Of a stretch of DNA of 32,000 nt, positions 7,851-16,317 are shown piece after piece. The position numbers were made by a program, and so were the translations under genes. How positions within the stretch are numbered: the first letter of the stretch is position 1; each line of letters begins with the position of its first letter. The DNA comes from Copranaerobaculum intestinale (lineage in GTDB: Bacteria; Bacillota_I; Bacilli_A; Erysipelotrichales; Erysipelotrichaceae): the NCBI RefSeq assembly GCF_009831105.1, contig NZ_WUUQ01000001.1:90001-122000 (forward strand), read 5' to 3'. A model generated the notes under the pieces. It searched no databases, was not told the origin of the DNA, and saw only the letters and a list, made by a program, of their open reading frames with translations.

Positions 7851-7898
7851 GAACTAATTCGATGAATTTATTCTACTAAATATTCGGTGATCTGTCAA
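7851..7898 (-). promoter_or_regulatory. Sigma-A-type promoter plus conserved downstream box for aminoacylase copy B
   Basis: Minus strand: TTGACA (7898-7893), 17 nt, TAGAAT (7875-7870), then AAATTCATCGAATTAGTTCTATGAA. By my count 21 of 25 box positions are identical to copy A. Confidence 0.65.
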
Positions 7899-7966
7899 GA
7901 TGCATCACTTTGCCTAGTGCTCATACAGACATCCATTTTAAGATAACGTTCCCATGCATACCATAC

Positions 7967-7995
7967 AAAAGGAAGCTGCCGTTCAAGCAGCTTCC
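7967..7995 (-). terminator. Intrinsic terminator after the ArsR-like regulator gene
   Basis: Minus strand: GGAAGCTGC-TTGAACG-GCAGCTTCC followed by TTTTGTATGG, 14 nt downstream of the stop codon at 8009-8011. Confidence 0.7.
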
Positions 7996-8008
7996 TCATT
8001 TATTATTT

Positions 8009-9106
8009 TCATGACTCTAACAAATCCTCTCGCAGCTGATCCAGCAGCATTCCCAGATGTTCTTTATTCATCCGATAGTAAACTCGATTAGCATCCTTTT
8101 CTAAAGATAACAATCCAGCATTGCTTAAGGCATTGACATGATGAGAGATTGTTGCCGTTGTCAAATTCAAATGCTTTGCAAGCTGTAAGCCATAGCGAGC
8201 CTGATCCTTGACCCGGCATAGTATTGCGTATTTGCTGGGATCGCTGAGCAGCTTCAGATGACTGCACATTTCTTCCCGGCTGATTTTTTGACTGTGGAAA
8301 AAGAAATCGGAATCCCGGAAAAATAAACCGATATACATTACGATCGGCGTATCTGCTTTCGCATCCATCGCTTGCATGGCAATTGCGTTGCACCCCATCC
8401 AGGATGGGACAACCGTGATATGATTGGAATCCTCAATCTTCAATTTCACCGCATGTTCAAGCGCTTCTTTAAGTGTGCCCTGAGTACACACTCTACTCCA
8501 AAAATCATAAAATTTTTGAAAATGGAAGGCATACTCCCGATACAAAGGTTCCATAATCGCTATTAAGGGCTCCATGACATCAAACAGCCGATCCACTGTT
8601 TCCAGATAATAATGATAGACCCGCAGCACTTCCCATTTCATCTTCACACGCATTTCCGATTGATCGAGCTTATCCATGAGTTCATCCACTGTTAAAGGTA
8701 TCCCTTGATCATTCTCTTTTGGATCATCGAGGAAGTCATTGACCAAACCATCTATAAAGCTTCGCCCGTTATCCTCCTCAAATCTCTTTTTGATGGCCTT
8801 ACGGTCAACCTTATGCATAAGCATTTCATAATCGGTCATGATCATCGAATCCGCTATGCATAATACGTTATCTTGTTCATAGAGGGGTTCAAACAAAACC
8901 TTCAAATCATCGGGAAGGCTCACCTGTCTCATGATCTTCTCATAGATTTCCTGCAGCAGATCGATCATGTCACCAATTTCCTGATTATACCCGCTCTTTT
9001 TAGATATGCTCTCCTTTAAATCAAGAAAATCATGTTGATTATAGAAGCGATACATCAAAAGCGATGCTTCCTTAACTAAATTACAGTTCTCATAAAATGT
9101 AAACAT
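8009..9106 (-). CDS. ArsR-family winged-HTH regulator with a roughly 270-aa N-terminal domain of unknown function
   Basis: C-terminal ArsR/SmtB-type wHTH: LKLLSDPSKYAILCRVKDQARYGLQLAKHLNLTTATISHHVNALSNAGLLSLEKDANRVYYRMN. I cannot assign the first ~270 aa to a family. Sits 49 nt downstream of the MFS gene on the same strand. Confidence 0.75.
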   Translation of the reverse strand: MFTFYENCNLVKEASLLMYRFYNQHDFLDLKESISKKSGYNQEIGDMIDLLQEIYEKIMRQVSLPDDLKVLFEPLYEQDNVLCIADSMIMTDYEMLMHKVDRKAIKKRFEEDNGRSFIDGLVNDFLDDPKENDQGIPLTVDELMDKLDQSEMRVKMKWEVLRVYHYYLETVDRLFDVMEPLIAIMEPLYREYAFHFQKFYDFWSRVCTQGTLKEALEHAVKLKIEDSNHITVVPSWMGCNAIAMQAMDAKADTPIVMYIGLFFRDSDFFFHSQKISREEMCSHLKLLSDPSKYAILCRVKDQARYGLQLAKHLNLTTATISHHVNALSNAGLLSLEKDANRVYYRMNKEHLGMLLDQLREDLLES

Positions 9107-9155
9107 GTTCTCACCATCTATCTTGTAGCATTAGTATATCATAAATTTTCACCAA

Positions 9156-10424
9156 TCAGGCAGCCTTTCTATCCTCATCCAATACATACAAGCACTTGGA
9201 GGTAAAACAAACCAGTGAAATGATGATCGAGATGATACCGGCAACCATAATAACCGTTGAAACGGAAACAAACGATACAATCCCGGATATCAGAAAGGAA
9301 CTGACGGGCATGATCGATGTCACGCTCGCATTAAACACTGAACCAACCCGGGCCATGTAATCTTCTTCTACAACGACCATAAAATAAACCGAAAGTGAAG
9401 TATTCGCAAAAGCCATGATCATACCGAACACAGTGAAGAGCAGAATACTCAATAACAGGGCCAGCTGAGGTTGAAATACCATCGGAAGCAGAATCATAAT
9501 AATATAGACAAAGCCGGAAAACAAGAGAGCTCCGATCATAAGAAAACGGCGTTTTAGTTTTTCTGCTATGACCGGATAAACAAAGCTGCCAATCATCATA
9601 CCGATCGTAAGTCCTAAGCTCAGTGCAGAAAGAGTTTGACTGTCTCCTTTCATCACTTCACTGACAAATGCGGGGAACAGGCTGTTGATCGGCACTGCCA
9701 TTACATTCATCAATGCCCCCAGCACACACAGCAGTACAATGGCTCGGCGGTGGAACACATAGCTGAATCCTTCTTTCATTGTGTTCATATATTCCTTCAT
9801 ACTGATCTTGCTTTTTCGAACTGTCTCTTGATACTGAATCAGATAGATAATAAAGGCACTCCCGAAAAAAGTCACGGCATCGATCAAAATCGCTGTCTGA
9901 ATACCAAGAGCCGCAATGATCAATCCCGCACAGCCGGTTCCGATCAATTCCATAATGCGGGATATACTGGAGTTTAACGCTTGTCCGGTATCGTAATGCT
10001 CGCGGCTTAACAGCTTTGGTACAATAGCGATGCCAGCCGGTACCCGCAGCGCTTCAAAGCTTGAATTTAATAAGGTTATCAACAGCAGAAGCCAAGGGTT
10101 TAAGAGCCCTGCCATATAACAGACTGCAATCGCTGTAACCGCTAATCCCCGCGCAATATCGCAAAGTACCATGATCTTCTGCTTGCGGATGCATTCTACC
10201 AACGGTCCTGCCAAGGGCTGAAGCAGAATGGTCGGAAGCATATTTACACCGAATATTATGGCGCTCCATGCTGCATCCTGCGTAATCTGGTACACAAGCC
10301 AAGTAAAGGCAATCGCATCAATTGAATCACCGAAGCGATTAATCACATTTGCTAATATCATTTTCAGAAATTCTTTCTGACTAGATAATGTTTTGTATTT
10401 ATCTAATAATCGTTTCATACTCAT
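9156..10424 (-). CDS. MFS transporter (EntS/Mef-like efflux type, 12 predicted TM segments)
   Basis: 422 aa and very hydrophobic. N-terminus ...FLKMILANVINRFGDSIDAIAFTWLVYQIT... is typical of MFS_3-type exporters. The true start may be the second ATG (10418), which is better spaced from the SD AAGGAG. Confidence 0.85.
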   Translation of the reverse strand: MSMKRLLDKYKTLSSQKEFLKMILANVINRFGDSIDAIAFTWLVYQITQDAAWSAIIFGVNMLPTILLQPLAGPLVECIRKQKIMVLCDIARGLAVTAIAVCYMAGLLNPWLLLLITLLNSSFEALRVPAGIAIVPKLLSREHYDTGQALNSSISRIMELIGTGCAGLIIAALGIQTAILIDAVTFFGSAFIIYLIQYQETVRKSKISMKEYMNTMKEGFSYVFHRRAIVLLCVLGALMNVMAVPINSLFPAFVSEVMKGDSQTLSALSLGLTIGMMIGSFVYPVIAEKLKRRFLMIGALLFSGFVYIIMILLPMVFQPQLALLLSILLFTVFGMIMAFANTSLSVYFMVVVEEDYMARVGSVFNASVTSIMPVSSFLISGIVSFVSVSTVIMVAGIISIIISLVCFTSKCLYVLDEDRKAA

Positions 10425-10441
10425 CTATCTCCTTGCACCTA

Positions 10442-10470
10442 AGTATATTCGTTTATTAGATATTTGTCAA
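10442..10470 (-). promoter_or_regulatory. Sigma-A-type promoter of the MFS / ArsR-like operon
   Basis: Minus strand: TTGACA (10470-10465), 17 nt, TATACT (10447-10442), followed about 10 nt later by the SD AAGGAG. Confidence 0.6.
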
Positions 10471-10587
10471 ACATTAATTAGACGTATCTTATATAATGAA
10501 CGCATGTTAAGTTATGTTTTTTTATCCGATCAAAGTATTGATGATTGAGACAAAAGAGGGTAGCATTATGAAAAAGGGGATGATCAG

Positions 10588-11184
10588 ATGCAAGTAAAAA
10601 AAGCAGATATGGAGCAAACAATCCTGATGACTGCGCGTGATGAATTTTTCATACATGGCTATGAGGATGCTTCGCTGCGGACAATTGCGAAAAAAGCAAA
10701 TACTTCTCTAGGAAATATTTATCATTACTTCCCCAATAAAAAAGCAATGCTTGATCGTTTATTGGAACCGGTAGTATCCAGGATCGATGTATTTCTTCAT
10801 GAACATGTTTCCTCGCAGAAGCATGTTACCGACATGAAAGAAATCAACCGCTTACTGGAGGCCGCAAACTTTGAAGAGGAACCTATGCATTCCCTGCTGT
10901 CTAAAGAATTTGCGATATTTATACAGACCAAAGATCCTGATTACATGAAACGCCGCGATGCGATTATGAAGGTATTTGAAGGACATATCGCATGGCATAT
11001 GCATTCACCGAAAGCCAATAACCACTTTGCGGCTATTATTTCTAAGATGATCATTGAATGTGCTATTCATCTCATCCGCTGTGATGATTGTGTCAAGCAT
11101 AAAAAACAGGATATGATTGAAATGTTCAGTATGCTGTGCCGCTGTGTTGCCGTTCAGCATACCGATGAGGAAGATCCTTCCTGA
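10588..11184 (+). CDS. TetR/AcrR family transcriptional regulator
   Basis: HTH: ILMTARDEFFIHGYEDASLRTIAKKANTSLGNIYHYFPNKKAMLDRLLEP. Divergent from the MFS gene and upstream of the ABC genes. Confidence 0.9.
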   Translation: MQVKKADMEQTILMTARDEFFIHGYEDASLRTIAKKANTSLGNIYHYFPNKKAMLDRLLEPVVSRIDVFLHEHVSSQKHVTDMKEINRLLEAANFEEEPMHSLLSKEFAIFIQTKDPDYMKRRDAIMKVFEGHIAWHMHSPKANNHFAAIISKMIIECAIHLIRCDDCVKHKKQDMIEMFSMLCRCVAVQHTDEEDPS

Positions 11185-11257
11185 TCAATATACATTTCAA
11201 GAAAAGGCAGCAGGCATTGACCTGTTGTTTTTATAAAACTCAAAAGGAGGAAATAGG

Positions 11258-11962
11258 ATGAAAACCATTGTCGAATTTAAAAGAGTATGCAAGACATACG
11301 GAGATAAAGAGAATCTGATATACGCATTAAGAGATGTCAGTTTCACAATCTGCCAAGGAGAATTTGTAGTGATCTTAGGGCCAAGCGGAGCCGGAAAGAG
11401 TACCCTGCTGAATCTGCTTGGCGGTATGGATGACGTATCATCTGGAACTATATGCATTAACAATCAGCAAATTGAAGTGTTGAGCGAAACCCAACTGGCT
11501 GATTATCGAGCCAAGCAAATCGGTTTTGTATTTCAATTTTACAATCTTATCCCGACGCTCACCGCTTTTGAGAACGTTGCGCTGATGAAAGAATTAAAGA
11601 AGGATGTATTGTCCGCACAGGAAGCGCTGGAAAGGGTGGGTTTGAAGGCTCATCAGCATAAATTCCCGGCACAGTTATCGGGCGGTGAACAGCAGCGAGT
11701 ATCCATCGCCCGCGCCATCAGTAAGAAACCGGCGCTGCTGCTCTGTGATGAACCTACCGGCGCACTAGATTCCCAAACCGGCATGCTGGTGATGAAGCAG
11801 CTGAAAGATATGTGCAAAAGGTATGGTCATACCACCATTATCGTCACGCATAACAGCGCGCTGAAGAACACGGCAGATAAAGTAATTTATGTAAAAAACG
11901 GCATGATTGAAAATGTGGTGACGCAGGAACACCCATGTGATATCGATGCGGTAAACTGGTAA
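11258..11962 (+). CDS. ABC transporter ATP-binding protein (MacB/LolD-FtsE type)
   Basis: Walker [10 protein letters not shown], signature LSGGEQQRV, Walker [22 protein letters not shown]. The stop codon overlaps the permease ATG (TAATG). Confidence 0.95.
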   Translation: MKTIVEFKRVCKTYGDKENLIYALRDVSFTICQGEFVVILGPSGAGKSTLLNLLGGMDDVSSGTICINNQQIEVLSETQLADYRAKQIGFVFQFYNLIPTLTAFENVALMKELKKDVLSAQEALERVGLKAHQHKFPAQLSGGEQQRVSIARAISKKPALLLCDEPTGALDSQTGMLVMKQLKDMCKRYGHTTIIVTHNSALKNTADKVIYVKNGMIENVVTQEHPCDIDAVNW

Positions 11963-14220
11963 TGCTGATACGCAAAATGCTGCGTGATCTGCGCGCGAAC
12001 ATGTCTCAGTTCCTCGCAATTTTCCTGATGATATTCCTTGGTGTATTCATTTATACCGGAGTAAACAGCGAATGGAACGGCATGCGGGTTCACGCTCAAA
12101 AGCTCTATCGCGAAACCGAGCTTGCGGATGTCTGGGTATACGGCACCGGCTTTACCAAGCAGGATATTAAACAAATAAAAGAGTTAAATGAAGTAACGGA
12201 GGTTACCCGCCGAGCCGTGATTGAAGCCACTTCAACAATCAATAAAAAACAAAAATTAACCTTATATCTGGACGAGTCCAATACCCTGTCCCAGCCAAAG
12301 CGAATGCAGGGAGAATCCTATTCACCTGATAAGGACGGCATCTGGCTAGATCAAGTCTTTGCGAAAGAAAATCATATTCGCGTTGGCGACAGCTATTCTC
12401 TGCAAGTCAATGGCTTTAAGATCACCAAACCGGTAAAGGGACTGATCCTGCATCCTGAGCTGGTCTATCAAAATACAGCTGGAAATATTATTCCCGATCA
12501 TAAAAATAACGGCTATGCATGTATATCGATGAACCATTTTACCGATCAATATACAATTCCTTATACCCAGCTTTTGATAAAAACCAAGGTACCGCAGAAA
12601 ATGGAGAAACTCATCAGCGATAAGCTCCAAAAAAATAATCTAGTTTTTATGGAAAGAAAAGATTTACCGAGCTATTCCATGTTGGAGGATGAAATAACCC
12701 AACATCAGGCATTCGGTGAAGTCTTTCCGATCGTATTCCTGCTGATCGCAGTCTTAACGACCCTTACCACGGTCAGTAAAATGATCATGAATCAGCGGCT
12801 TTTGATCGGCATACTAAAAGCATTGGGATTCAAGAACCGCAAAATTATTTTTCATTATTTCTCACATGCAATGGTGATTGTTATCTTAGGTGCCATCCTT
12901 GGTTACTTGATCGGTCCGCTCGTTGTACCAACCTTCATCTATCCGATGATGAGTGCCATATATATTCTGCCGCAACTGCATGCTGTACCGCTGGATAACA
13001 GTCTGTATATGGTTATCGGCAGTATCAGCATTTGTTTTATGACTGCCTTTATCGTATGTTACCGCCACTTAAAGGAGAAACCAGCAGATGCCTTTCGCTC
13101 CGCCAATATATCTTATAAACAGTCACATCACAAACCAAACAGCCTTATAAAGCGTGCAAACTTCTGTGCACAGTGGAATATCCGTGATATCCTGCGAAAT
13201 AAGCTTCGCTCGCTGATTGCCATAATCGGCGTAACGGGATGCATGGGACTGCTGATCTGTGCCTTTGGTATGCAGGACAGCATGAATCATATGATAAATA
13301 TGATGTTTCATGAGCTGCAAACATATGATATGCGGGTGCAAATAGATGAAACCGCTGACCTGAAAGTATTAAAATCAAAAATGAACGGCAATGCCATACA
13401 GGAAAGTGCAGTTGAAATGAAATTCAACAGCGTAAAAAAGACCGGCAGTCTGACCGTTCAGGAATCCACCAAATATCTCAAGCTGCAAAATCAGGACTTG
13501 CATACTGTCTCCTTGCCTAACAACGGGATAGCCCTATCCTATAAGCTTGCGGAAAGCTTTGGTCTGAAAGCAGGCGATTCGATTTCCTGGCGGATTATCG
13601 GCAGCACAGCTTGGACGAAAAGCAAAATTAACGCCATCCTTCACACTCCATCATCTCAAGGGATCACAATGTCGGCTAATAGCTTTATTCAAAGCGGACA
13701 CAGCTTCCTGCCGACTTCCGTAGTTGGTAAAGCTGCTGATATCAAGACGCTTTCCGGTATCAAGAACATCCAGTATTTAAAAACTGATATTGAAAGCAGC
13801 ATGGATCAAATGCTCGACGGTATGATGGTGATGATTGCGATCCTGATCATGGGCGCCGTCGTGCTCGGTATTGTCGTGCTTTATAATATCGGTTCATTCT
13901 CCTATCTGGAAAAGGTGCGCGATTTGGCAACCCTGAAAGTTCTCGGATTCCACGATCATCAGGTTAAAAAGCTGCTGCGGCAGCAAAACCTCTGGCTTAC
14001 GATTTGCGGTATTCTCCTGGGTCTGCCCTTTGGCTATGCTTTGATCTATACCGTTATATCCACAGTAGGAGATTCCTTAGATGTGCTGATCGTCATTCAA
14101 CCGTCGACCTATATCGGATGCAGTCTTGCTACACTGCTCGTATCCGCGCTGGTAATGCGCATCGTATCACGGAAAGTCAAGCGAATCAATATGGTAAGTG
14201 CTTTAAAAATCATGGAATAA
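11962..14220 (+). CDS. ABC transporter permease with two FtsX/MacB-type modules
   Basis: 752 aa. Each half consists of one TM segment, a hydrophilic extracytoplasmic domain of about 200 aa, and a 3-TM FtsX-like bundle (e.g. LLIGILKALGFKNRKI and LATLKVLGFHDHQVKK motifs). Confidence 0.9.
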   Translation: MLIRKMLRDLRANMSQFLAIFLMIFLGVFIYTGVNSEWNGMRVHAQKLYRETELADVWVYGTGFTKQDIKQIKELNEVTEVTRRAVIEATSTINKKQKLTLYLDESNTLSQPKRMQGESYSPDKDGIWLDQVFAKENHIRVGDSYSLQVNGFKITKPVKGLILHPELVYQNTAGNIIPDHKNNGYACISMNHFTDQYTIPYTQLLIKTKVPQKMEKLISDKLQKNNLVFMERKDLPSYSMLEDEITQHQAFGEVFPIVFLLIAVLTTLTTVSKMIMNQRLLIGILKALGFKNRKIIFHYFSHAMVIVILGAILGYLIGPLVVPTFIYPMMSAIYILPQLHAVPLDNSLYMVIGSISICFMTAFIVCYRHLKEKPADAFRSANISYKQSHHKPNSLIKRANFCAQWNIRDILRNKLRSLIAIIGVTGCMGLLICAFGMQDSMNHMINMMFHELQTYDMRVQIDETADLKVLKSKMNGNAIQESAVEMKFNSVKKTGSLTVQESTKYLKLQNQDLHTVSLPNNGIALSYKLAESFGLKAGDSISWRIIGSTAWTKSKINAILHTPSSQGITMSANSFIQSGHSFLPTSVVGKAADIKTLSGIKNIQYLKTDIESSMDQMLDGMMVMIAILIMGAVVLGIVVLYNIGSFSYLEKVRDLATLKVLGFHDHQVKKLLRQQNLWLTICGILLGLPFGYALIYTVISTVGDSLDVLIVIQPSTYIGCSLATLLVSALVMRIVSRKVKRINMVSALKIME

Positions 14221-14226
14221 GAAAAC

Positions 14227-14256
14227 AAGGAATGACCAACGTCACTCCTTTTCTTT
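14227..14256. terminator. Bidirectional terminator between the ABC permease and the convergent 88-aa gene
   Basis: AAGGAATGAC-CAAC-GTCACTCCTT (one mismatch). It is followed by TTTCTTT on the + strand and GTTTTCTT on the - strand. It overlaps the last codons of the 88-aa ORF. Confidence 0.6.
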
Positions 14257-14508
14257 ACGGCATTCCTCATCATAGAACACATTGATCATTGTTTCAGCCT
14301 TGCTTTTCCCATCCGGACTCATACAGCGAAATACTTTGATCAAATCGCGTTCCCGACGGCTTAGGATATTTTCCTTACTGTGGAGATCCAGCGCTTCCAC
14401 AACCACATCCATGATGTCACCGCGCGCCTTGATCCAGTCGTTGAGATACCTCGTTTCATCAGTGATATTCAATTCCTTCTTAAGCCATGCCAATACATGA
14501 TCTTCCAT
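14242..14508 (-). CDS. Small hypothetical protein (88 aa) lacking an HTH; shares a C-terminal motif with the upstream XRE regulator
   Basis: SD GGGGAG 7 nt upstream of ATG 14508. Sits 23 nt downstream of the XRE gene. Motif SRRERDLIKVFRCMSPDGKSKAETMI resembles SEREYEIIREYRKLSDDKREHAHEAF in the XRE protein. Confidence 0.6.
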   Translation of the reverse strand: MEDHVLAWLKKELNITDETRYLNDWIKARGDIMDVVVEALDLHSKENILSRRERDLIKVFRCMSPDGKSKAETMINVFYDEECRKEKE

Positions 14509-14531
14509 CACATAACTCCCCTTTATCTTGT

Positions 14532-14864
14532 TTATGTCTGATTGGTTATCTTCAGTATTTTCATAAAGGCTTCATGGGCATGTTCCCGCTTATCATCACT
14601 TAGCTTCCGATATTCACGGATGATTTCATATTCCCGTTCGGACATCATACGATCATCGGCTTTTGGCTGCAGATGATAGATATTATCCAAAGAAATTTCC
14701 AATTCCTGTGAAATCTTAACCAGTAAATCAAAAGGTATCTGGCGTTCATTATGCAGATATCCGTTCAGCGAGCTGCGACTGATATTCATTCGCTTAGCAA
14801 ACTCCACCTGGGTGATGTCCAGTTCTTCCAGTTTACGAAATATAACGTCTCCAGCTTTTGTCAT
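14532..14864 (-). CDS. XRE-family (Cro/C1-type) HTH transcriptional regulator
   Basis: HTH: LDITQVEFAKRMNISRSSLNGYLHNERQIPFDLLVKISQELEISLDNIY. Start taken at ATG 14864 (MTKAGD...), preceded by AAAGGGATGG, rather than the track start 14912. Confidence 0.85.
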   Translation of the reverse strand: MTKAGDVIFRKLEELDITQVEFAKRMNISRSSLNGYLHNERQIPFDLLVKISQELEISLDNIYHLQPKADDRMMSEREYEIIREYRKLSDDKREHAHEAFMKILKITNQT

Positions 14865-14921
14865 ATAAAACCATCCCTTTGTCAGATATATTATAAACAT
14901 TATCCGGTACAACGAAGACTT

Positions 14922-14969
14922 TTACCCTAACTATGAAATTGATTCAATGTACGTGAATCTATAGGGTAA
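14922..14969. promoter_or_regulatory. Inverted repeat in the XRE / tRNA-binding-protein divergent region (candidate operator)
   Basis: TTACCCTA (14922-14929) and TAGGGTAA (14962-14969) are perfect 8-bp inverted arms 32 nt apart. Confidence 0.3.
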
Positions 14970-15076
14970 GGTTCTATACTTTCTCTAGCTTGTTTAACAT
15001 TTTCAGTATATCAATAATTGATAAAATGTCTATCCACTATAAGTGTGATATGATGATATTAGAAAGAGGTGATGAG

Positions 15077-15427
15077 ATGACTTTGCCAATAAAACCAGTT
15101 ATTACATTTGAAGATTTAGAAAAAATTGATATCCGGGTGGGAACCATTCAAAAAGTGGAGGATGTAAAAAACTCCCGCAAGCTTTGCCGCCTGCGTGTAG
15201 ATTTCCAAGATTTTCAGCGCACGATCCTCTGCGGTATGAAAAAAGAGCGTGAGGATCCAACTGAAATAGAAGGTATGCAGGCATTATTTGTGGTCAATTT
15301 AGAGCCGCGCTTAATCGCTGGAGAGTATTCCGAAGGAATGGTTTATGATATCGGTTTTGAAGATGGTATTGTGCCGGTGCTCGCCATTCCAGAAAAAAAG
15401 GTACCGAATGGTACCCGTTTAGGATAG
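15077..15427 (+). CDS. tRNA-binding OB-fold protein (CsaA / Trbp111 / EMAP-II-like domain)
   Basis: ITFEDLEKIDIRVGTIQKVEDV...KLCRLRVDF...VVNLEPRLIAGEYSEGMV matches the tRNA_bind domain pattern. Start at ATG 15077, behind the SD AGAAAGAGGTGA. Confidence 0.85.
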   Translation: MTLPIKPVITFEDLEKIDIRVGTIQKVEDVKNSRKLCRLRVDFQDFQRTILCGMKKEREDPTEIEGMQALFVVNLEPRLIAGEYSEGMVYDIGFEDGIVPVLAIPEKKVPNGTRLG

Positions 15428-15451
15428 GTCTTACCAAAGACCTTTTCTTTT
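15427..15451 (+). terminator. Intrinsic terminator of the csaA-like gene
   Basis: GGTCTT-ACCA-AAGACC followed by TTTTCTTTT. Confidence 0.65.
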
Positions 15452-15454
15452 ACA

Positions 15455-15907
15455 TCAAATGCATGTTATACCTTCATCGCTCTGTATACTTGCTAAATAA
15501 GCTTCAATGAATTGACGCGAAGGAGAATAGATACGATCAGGCAAATTATCCAGATCAAACCACTCCCAAGCATCCTGCTTATCCGGTTCCATGACCTTCA
15601 GCGTTCCTTCAAAATCGTAAGCGATCACATGTATCGTCACATAATGCTTAGCGGGCTGAATATCATCTGCTGCTGAAAAAATTTTCATCTGATGAATGGT
15701 TAAATTTGTTTCTTCCTTTGTTTCTCTAGCAGCACCCTCAAAAATCGTTTCATGATACTCCTGCTTACCGCCCGGCAGACACCAGCTGTCCGGTTCATAG
15801 ATACCGCCGGTATCAACGGCAGATTTTGTCCGATGCCCCAGCAAAATTCGATGATGATCTACCAGCAGTACTCCGATCCCTACTTTAATCGACTGCATAA
15901 CTGCCAT
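15455..15907 (-). CDS. NUDIX hydrolase
   Basis: Nudix box GGKQEYHETIFEGAARETKEETNL (GX5EX7REUXEEXGU). The start may instead be the in-frame ATG at 15898, because the SD abuts ATG 15907. Confidence 0.9.
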   Translation of the reverse strand: MAVMQSIKVGIGVLLVDHHRILLGHRTKSAVDTGGIYEPDSWCLPGGKQEYHETIFEGAARETKEETNLTIHQMKIFSAADDIQPAKHYVTIHVIAYDFEGTLKVMEPDKQDAWEWFDLDNLPDRIYSPSRQFIEAYLASIQSDEGITCI

Positions 15908-16023
15908 CCCCTTTCACTTTCTCTATCTTCTAAAGGTTAAATAGATACATTACCAGCATAAGTATCGCTGTGCATATCACTCGCTTCTATATATTCATTT
16001 ACATTTAATCCATCTTAAATCTT

Positions 16024-16299
16024 TCAACGCGCTTCATCCGTATGATTATTATGTTCTGAATCTTTCGCTTCCGGTTCCAGTTTTTTATATAATATACCGC
16101 CGATGAGCAGAAATATTGCACCGACAATCAGTATGCCGGTTCGAAACAACAAAGAGCTGAAAAACACATCCGGCAGCGATGTATGAAACAATGTATTCAC
16201 GATACCTGCTCCAATGCTGATTACATCAGCTGCAGCAACAGCAAAGCAGCCAATGCCGATGATAAAGCATGTCAAACTTATTCTCATAGCTTTGATCAT
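16024..16299 (-). CDS. Small membrane protein (91 aa, about 3 TM segments), function unknown
   Basis: Three hydrophobic stretches and a charged C-terminal tail. Sits 18 nt downstream of rlmH on the same strand, with the SD GAAGGAA. Confidence 0.55.
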   Translation of the reverse strand: MIKAMRISLTCFIIGIGCFAVAAADVISIGAGIVNTLFHTSLPDVFFSSLLFRTGILIVGAIFLLIGGILYKKLEPEAKDSEHNNHTDEAR

Positions 16300-16317
16300 A
16301 TCATTCCTTCTTTCTGT

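Noticed and set aside
10568-10597. 9-codon upstream ORF (MKKGMIRCK) with its own SD, overlapping the start of the TetR gene at 10588
   Set aside because: It is too short to support from sequence alone. It may only reflect two SD-like purine runs before the TetR start. Noted as a possible leader peptide but not called.
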